Shown in pieces: positions 16,809 through 23,717 of a DNA stretch of 23,717 bases. The position numbers and the translations under genes were made by a program. The notes under the pieces are model-generated. The model was given only the letters and a program-made list of their open reading frames with translations. It was not told the origin of the DNA and did no database searches. The stretch is from NCBI GenBank assembly GCA_963843375.1, contig CAWJKT010000017.1:1-23717 (forward strand), written 5' to 3'. The number at the start of each line of letters is the position of its first letter. The first letter of the stretch is position 1. The DNA is from an uncultured Pseudomonadota bacterium (lineage in GTDB: Bacteria; Oederibacteriota; Muellerivitia; Muellerivitales; Muellerivitaceae).

Positions 16809-18170
16809 TTAATAAATCGTCCCTTCTCGTCGTTCGCCCAGCAAATGGTAGTTTTTTTCCGTAATGGCCCTAGTGAACAAATTCCGATTTTTATAGAGGG
16901 ATTTAAGTGGCAGGTTATGTAGGGCCAATCCCGCATGAAAAAGTATGTTGCAAGAAAAGAGAGTAATGGTGACGTAAGAAAACCACTTTTTCGAAACCCA
17001 TGGGCTAAAGACATAAAAACCATAGAGCATCGCGACTGGCAAAGCTAGGTAATAGGTATGGGCGGCTGGAGGTTTGATGGCAAAGAGGAAACTGAAGTAA
17101 ATCAAGAAGAAAGTTCCAAGCGCCAATACTCTCACCGCGGGCCAGTCTTTTTGGGGATGATTTTTCCGAAATAGGGAAACAATCAATGTTATCAATTGGA
17201 TCAAACCCAAAATTGCAGCAAGGATGGCAAAAGGCGCAATCCATGGATTTTCCGATAAAAAGCCTAACCTCTCCGCTTTGTTTGCGCCGATGAAACGTGG
17301 AATTTCGCAAGCGGATAGCGCGAAAAAGCGAACCAATATGTTGAAAAAACTTTTAAAGTTTTCGGGGTTAAAGGCGATGGCGTTGAAGGTCCCTCCTGAG
17401 CCAAGGGTGAATCCATATTTAATATAAGTAGGGATGACGAAGCCGGCCGTTATTAACCCGCCCAATAAGAAAGTTAATATCGGCAAAGCCATTTCCTGGG
17501 AGGGTTTTGAACGGGCTCTTAGGATTAACGCCGCCAAGACCAAAGGGATCAAAATGACGTAAGACATATGGAATTGAGCATTCCAGATGAGTGAAAAACC
17601 CATCAGGAAACAGGCGAATGGCAAAGGAATGAGTTGGAGACTTAAGGCGGGTACGGTTTCCAAGAAGCCGATAAAGAAAAGGCAACTACCGAATATCACA
17701 TAGGAATCATTATCGATGTTGGTCGACCAATTCAACACCCAAGGAGCGGTTAAGAGCCAAGTGTAAATCATCCAACGGGGAAATTGGGGAAGGCGTTGTG
17801 TGCAATACCATCCGAAAAAACAAAGACCCGCAAAGGAAAGGAGATTCAACAAAATATAAGGCGCCTCGGGTACGGGCATTAGGAATAAAGGGAGTCCCAC
17901 CATGAGGCCTTGGAGCGCTCCGGGTAGCTGGATATGAGGCGCCACATCCGGGCCGAAATAAGGCCAGAAGCCGGTGGTGTAGTATTTCAAACCGATCAAA
18001 TAAATTTGTTGTTGGTCGATGAACCAGATTTCGGAACAAAGACCAAAACCAAGGCGGAATAAGAAGGTCAAACCCAAAGCGAAAATAAACCATGACCGGT
18101 GTTGAGGGTTCGAGATGATGGAAGGATTCGGAATAGGCTTATTCGCCTGGGGGGGAAGTCTTGATTTCAA
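16809..18170 (-). CDS. Polytopic membrane protein, probable GT-C fold (ArnT/PMT-like) glycosyltransferase
   Basis: Many TM segments. The first TM ends in FRL, followed by the loop 'IWFIDQQQIY...YFGPDV...PGALQ', which resembles the acidic first loop of GT-C enzymes. The start codon is uncertain. Confidence 0.55.
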   Translation of the reverse strand: MKSRLPPQANKPIPNPSIISNPQHRSWFIFALGLTFLFRLGFGLCSEIWFIDQQQIYLIGLKYYTTGFWPYFGPDVAPHIQLPGALQGLMVGLPLFLMPVPEAPYILLNLLSFAGLCFFGWYCTQRLPQFPRWMIYTWLLTAPWVLNWSTNIDNDSYVIFGSCLFFIGFLETVPALSLQLIPLPFACFLMGFSLIWNAQFHMSYVILIPLVLAALILRARSKPSQEMALPILTFLLGGLITAGFVIPTYIKYGFTLGSGGTFNAIAFNPENFKSFFNILVRFFALSACEIPRFIGANKAERLGFLSENPWIAPFAILAAILGLIQLITLIVSLFRKNHPQKDWPAVRVLALGTFFLIYFSFLFAIKPPAAHTYYLALPVAMLYGFYVFSPWVSKKWFSYVTITLFSCNILFHAGLALHNLPLKSLYKNRNLFTRAITEKNYHLLGERREGTIY

Positions 18171-18400
18171 AATGATATAAATCCTTCGTTACAGGGATCC
18201 CGGCTGCCATTTAGAAGTACGCTCACCCAGCTTTGGTGCCGGGGATAGGGTCCGGGACTAAAAAACGAGATGGCCCATTATTATTGGCCCGTGAGTCCGC
18301 ATCAAGTATATTACCGCCTGTTTGGGGTGGCGGATGCGACAATCGGGCGTTAAAATATTCCGCTTTCGTTTAATTTAGTTGAGGCAGAGGAGCGCATTTC

Positions 18401-18971
18401 ATGATCGATAAAATCCGGGGCCGTATCGAGGAAAGCATCCAGGTCAAACAAAACCTGTTGGCCAAATGTCTGCCGCAAATCGATAAGGCGGGGGAAGTTC
18501 TCGTCAATGCGTACAAACAGGGGAAGAAAGGCGGTTTGGTTCGGTAACGGAGGCAGCGCCGCGGATGCCCAACATATCGCCGCTGAATTAGTGGGGGATT
18601 ACCTAAAACGCCGACGGGCCCTCATGTCCCTGGCCTTGCATACGAACACCTCTACCTTAACGGCTCTTGGGAACGATTATGGTTACGATCAAATTTACTC
18701 CCATCAAATCGAGGGACTTTGCGTGCAGGGCGACGTGGCGGTGGGCCTTTCCACCTCGGGTAATTCTGAGAATGTGCTCAAAGGGGTATTGGCCGCCAAG
18801 AAAAACAAGGTTCACACCATCGGGCTATTGGGTCGGGACGGCGGCAAGATCGCCAAGGAAGTGGATATTGCCATAATCGTTCCCGCTTCTTCCACCGATC
18901 GTATCCAGGAATGCCATATGCTGATGGGCCATATCTTTTGTGAACTCATCGAATCCGCGATGTTTCCCTGA
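18401..18971 (+). CDS. gmhA: Phosphoheptose (sedoheptulose-7-phosphate) isomerase, one apparent frameshift
   Basis: GAGGAG RBS and ATG 18401 (MIDKIRGRIEESIQVKQ...AYKQGKK). One extra base at ~18527-18531 shifts into GNGGSAADAQHIAAELVG, GNDYGY, STSGNS and RIQECH. Confidence 0.92.
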
Positions 18972-18972
18972 C

Positions 18973-19991
18973 ATGAAAAAAAAATCCATTCTTTCCTCCG
19001 TCGACCAAACCGAATTGCTGGCCTTGGTCGGGGCACTTCAAAACAAAAAAGTCGTCGTCATCGGCGACGTGATGCTGGACGTTTACATCAAGGGTGAAGT
19101 GGCCCGCATTTCTCCGGAAGCCCCATACCGGTGGTGGAAATCAACGAGGATGATAAAAAAATGCCGGGCGGGGCGGCTAACGTGGCGGCCAATATCACCG
19201 CTCTGGGCGGGAAGGCGGCCATTATCGGAACTATCGGTAAGGATACGGCGGGCAAGGAATTGTTGAAAGGAGCTAAAAATCCTTAAAGGTGGACACTTCT
19301 CGGCGTTTTGGCTCTTTCGGACCGACCCACTACGGAAAAGACCCGCGTTATCGCCAATACTCAACAGGTCGTCCGCATTGACCGAGAAATTAAATCCGCC
19401 CTGTCGGACAAACAGCAGGACCAGGTAATCCAAAAGGCTATCGCAGCGATCCACGACGCTGACGGGATCATTTTTGAGGATTACAATAAGGGGCTTTTAA
19501 CCTCCAAAGTCATCCGCAAAATCATCGCTTATGCCAAATCCAAAAAGAAAATCATTACGGTGGATCCCAAATTTCACAACTTTTTCGAATTCAAGGGCGT
19601 AACGGTCATGAAACCGAATATGAAGGAAGTAACGGAGGCCTTGGGTCCGGAGGCGGTGGGAAAGACTTTCGAAACTATTGGTTTCAAGGTGATGAAACGG
19701 TTGGGGTGCAAATCAGTGGTTTTGACCCGTAGTGAACATGGCATGACCCTGTTCGAGCCGAACCAGCCTCCCCGAACGATCCCAACGGTTGCGCGGGAAG
19801 TTTATGACGTTTCAGGAGCCGGGGACACGGTGATCGCGACCTTAACCCTGGCTTTAACCGCCGGCGCCAGTCTTTTCCAAGCGGCTGCCTTGGCCAATTA
19901 CGCCGCTGGAATCGAAGTGGAAAAACTGGGCGTGGCTACGGTTTCGGCGGAGGAACTCAGCCAACGGCTTCTGGAAGAAATGAACCGCTAA
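18973..19991 (+). CDS. rfaE1: D-glycero-D-manno-heptose-7-phosphate kinase (RfaE domain I/HldA, PfkB family), several apparent indels
   Basis: Motifs IGDVMLD..GEVARISPEAP, (shifted) PVV..PGGAANVAANI, TTEKTR, VDPK, KPN and VYDVSGAGDTV. One C is missing at ~19121. A garbled stretch at 19265-19302 contains an in-frame TAA that is explained by about three extra bases. Confidence 0.88.
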
Positions 19992-19993
19992 GA

Positions 19994-20097
19994 AAGTTTT
20001 AAGTTTTTGGTTTTAAGTGTTAAGTTTCGGCCGTTTTTAACCTTGGTTAAAAACTTTCTTTCAACTAAAAACTAAGAACTTAAAACTTAGAACCGAG
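19994..20097. repeat. Inverted heptamer tandem arrays flanking a central hairpin
   Basis: Left arm AAGTTTT AAGTTTT TGGTTTT AAGTGTT AAGTTTC. Right arm AACTAAA AACTAAG AACTTAA AACTTAG AACCGAG. Centre GTTTTTAACC-TT-GGTTAAAAAC. Confidence 0.85.
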
Positions 20098-20104
20098 ACT
20101 TTAG

Positions 20105-21254
20105 ATGCTGTTACAGCCGCTCTTCTGGTTTTTTCTCCTGCCAATTCTTAATATTCATTTATTTGGTCAACCGGGTCAGCTTTCATCCCCGAAAAGTGAT
20201 TCCGGAAGCCCTCTGGGTTATCTTGGGAACTCTATCCATCTTTGGAATTCTATCGGTTTTGATTTTGGGTTTGGCTCCAGTTTGGGATTTTCGGATGGAA
20301 TCTTTTTTATCGTGACTTTCCCATGGAAATTCTACTTCCGCTGGTTCAGTCTTGTGTGTTCTTTTTATGGCGTTTAACCACTTGGAATGGTATTGGTTCC
20401 GTTTAAAACCAGTGGATGCCCGAATGATTGCCCAACGTTTCCCAAACCATCCTCCTCGATTTAAAGTGCCAATGGCTTTCTTGGAAAAGTTATTCATTAA
20501 AAACCAGTTATATGACCTGGAAGTGGTTCAATACGATCTTTTTCTGCCCCAGTGGCCCAAGGAATTTTCAGGGCTTTCTCTTGTCCAGATTTCGGATATC
20601 CATTTCGGGAAATATATCCACAAGGATTACCTCCGAATGGTTTTTGAGGAGGCCAGGAGACTTAAGCCGGACTTTTTCGCTTTAACAGGAGATTTTGTCT
20701 CTCGTTTTGAGGACATTGCCCCGATGGGCGGGCTTCTTAAAGGGTTTAAGGCTCCCCTGGGGGTTTACGCCCTTTTAGGAAACCACGACCATTGGGCGGG
20801 AGCGGCTGCCATGCGAAAGGTCCTGGAAAACGACGGAATCAAGGTTTTGCAAAATGATGTGGTTTACTTGAAACGCAAAGGAAAGACACTGGCGTTATTG
20901 GGTGTAGATGATTATATGGGAGGGGAAAAAGAGACATCAGCCCGCCCTTTTAAAGCCAAAGGGGCTGCAAAGATTCTATTGGCTCATCAGCCGGATCATT
21001 TTTATTTCGCCAAGAAATTGAATGCCCACCTCCAGATATCGGGCCATTGTCACGGAGGACAAATTTGTTTTCCGTTGGTGGGTCCATTGATTGTTCCGAG
21101 CCTCCAGGGCCGCAAATTCGCAGGTGGATTTTATGCGGGAAAAAGGAACCACACTTTTTATACACCGGGGTATCGGAGGTTTCCCCCCTTGCGAACCCTT
21201 TGCCGGCCCCAGGTGGTAAAACTGGTTTTGAAAACGGCTCCTAAGAATGATTAA
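20105..21254 (+). CDS. Membrane-anchored metallophosphoesterase (YkuE/YaeI-like), several apparent frameshifts
   Basis: Motifs SDIH, TGDF, LGNHD, LLAHQPD and SGHCHGGQ. The hydrophobic N-terminus is spread over different frames from ATG 20105. The conserved HRGIGG motif sits in an alternate frame at ~21140-21185. Confidence 0.8.
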
Positions 21255-21291
21255 GAGGTTATTCATCATCCTATATAATAATAAAGTTTAG

Positions 21292-21320
21292 TTGTCAGTC
21301 TAACCCCCTTTCCCTATAAT
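21292..21320 (+). promoter_or_regulatory. Sigma70-type promoter for rfaE2-kdsB-pyrG
   Basis: TTGTCA (21292-21297), a 17-nt spacer, then TATAAT (21315-21320), 28 nt upstream of the start. Confidence 0.7.
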
Positions 21321-21348
21321 TACCCATCCCAGTTGAGATAGAGACGAA

Positions 21349-21828
21349 TTGGATCATTTTTTAGAACCCTCCAAGTTAGAGCCAGTCTTAAAAAACCTTC
21401 AAAAACAAGGCAAAAAAGTAGTCTTCACCAATGGTGTTTTCGATCTCCTTCATTTAGGCCACGCTACTTATTTAAGTAGCGCCCGAAAAGAAGGCGATTT
21501 ACTGGTGGTGGGTTTGAACAGCGACGCTTCGGTGCGCCGTATCAAAGGGCCTTTGAAACCGCTGCTTAGGTTGGAAGAAAGGGCTGAAATGCTTTTGGCC
21601 CTGGAATGCGTCGATTTCGTCACATTCTTTGAGGAGGAAGATCCTTATAAAATCATCAAAATTTTACAGCCTGACGTCTTAGTAAAGGGCGGTGATTGGG
21701 CTGTGGGCAAAATCATTGGCGGCGACTTGGTGCAGTCTTGGGGTGGCAGGGTCATGAATATCCCCGTGGTGGAAGGGCGTTCAACCACCAACCTGATCCA
21801 ACTGGTGAGGGAGCGCTATGGGAAATAA
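21349..21828 (+). CDS. rfaE2: D-glycero-beta-D-manno-heptose 1-phosphate adenylyltransferase (RfaE domain II/HldC)
   Basis: Motifs VFTNGVFDLLHLGH, VGLNSDASVRRIKGP, PDVLVKGGDW and GRSTT. Confidence 0.92.
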   Translation: MDHFLEPSKLEPVLKNLQKQGKKVVFTNGVFDLLHLGHATYLSSARKEGDLLVVGLNSDASVRRIKGPLKPLLRLEERAEMLLALECVDFVTFFEEEDPYKIIKILQPDVLVKGGDWAVGKIIGGDLVQSWGGRVMNIPVVEGRSTTNLIQLVRERYGK

Positions 21829-22597
21829 AGTCATCGGTGTCATTCCTTCACGTTATGGAGCTCAGCGGTTTCCCGGAAAACCATTGGCCTTGATCGCTGG
21901 TGTGCCCATGATTGTACGAGTCATCCGCCAGGCTCAAAAGGCGAAGCGTTTAAGCGAGGTTTGGGTGGCGACCGACGACAGGCGTATCGCAAAGACGGTG
22001 GAAAAGACCGGAGCCACAGCGGTCATGACGCCTTCGATCTTAAAATCAGGTACGGATCGAATCGCTTTTTCTGTTCGAAATCTGAAAGCCGATATCATTA
22101 TAAACATTCAAGGGGATGAGCCCCTTATGGCTCCGGCCGCTATTGACGCGGCGGTTGAAACACTTCAAAAATACCCGCGCGTTTTAATGTCCACGGTGGT
22201 TATTCCCTTGACGAGCAAAAAAGAATGGCTCGATTCAAATGTGGTCAAGGCAGTTTTGGGTTCAAAAGGTGATGTGCTTTATTTTTCCAGGGCGCCGATT
22301 CCTTATCCCCGAGAAGGCGGGATGCCAAAGGCTTATAAACATATGGGACTTTACGGGTACCGTCCAGCCTGGTTGCAACTAATGGCGACTTTGAAACCGA
22401 CGCCTTTGGAATTGACCGAAAAGCTCGAACAGTTAAGAGCGATGGAAAACGGGGTGGTCATCCGGGCTGCTGTCCGAAAAGTCGAATCGATCGCCGTTGA
22501 CGTCCCCGCGGATGTAAAAAAAGTTGAAAGGTATTTGAAAAGAAAAATAAAGCCAATACAAAGCCCAAAGATCGTGAAATTTAGAGGTATAAAGTAA
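21818..22597 (+). CDS. kdsB: 3-deoxy-manno-octulosonate cytidylyltransferase (CMP-Kdo synthetase)
   Basis: Motifs IPSRYGAQRFPGKPLA, SGTDR, NIQGDEP, YFSRAPIP and EKLEQLRAMENG; adjacent to pyrG. Confidence 0.95.
   Translation: MGNKVIGVIPSRYGAQRFPGKPLALIAGVPMIVRVIRQAQKAKRLSEVWVATDDRRIAKTVEKTGATAVMTPSILKSGTDRIAFSVRNLKADIIINIQGDEPLMAPAAIDAAVETLQKYPRVLMSTVVIPLTSKKEWLDSNVVKAVLGSKGDVLYFSRAPIPYPREGGMPKAYKHMGLYGYRPAWLQLMATLKPTPLELTEKLEQLRAMENGVVIRAAVRKVESIAVDVPADVKKVERYLKRKIKPIQSPKIVKFRGIK

Positions 22598-23717
<1,120 letters not shown>

Noticed and set aside
18234..18250. Minus-strand ...CCCTATCCCCGGCACCA resembling a tRNA 3' end/att site at the block's right boundary
   Set aside because: No T-loop (GTTCGA) or cloverleaf, no matching repeat seen at the left boundary and no integrase; too short to support.
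19285..19287. In-frame TAA within hldA as stop-codon reassignment
   Set aside because: The surrounding peptide is garbled and is restored by removing about three extra bases; TAA ends other genes here normally.

Overview
Bacterial chromosomal window from a diderm (LPS-making) organism. The backbone is a housekeeping and envelope region: citrate synthase, msbA, gmhB, two rfaE2/hldC-type adenylyltransferases, a GT9 heptosyltransferase, a LysM-DUF3108 protein, gmhA, rfaE1/hldA, a metallophosphoesterase, kdsB and pyrG. It is interrupted at ~9.5-18.4 kb by an accessory block. That block encodes two large secreted hemicellulases (GH30 xylanase; GH62 arabinofuranosidase plus malectin). Both end in the same duplicated tail: Thr/Pro linker, CBM3, and a T9SS/FlgD-Ig-like C-terminal domain (CTD). 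The block also holds an unannotated orphan fragment of a third CTD, long hairpins after each enzyme gene, and a convergent GT-C-like membrane protein. A PorV/FadL/TraF-like outer-membrane protein gene, missed by the ORF track, runs off the left edge. Several core genes (msbA, gmhA, hldA, the phosphoesterase, pyrG) carry single-base indels, mostly at short homopolymers, which are most likely sequencing or consensus errors. All family calls come from motif recognition by eye; no searches were run.
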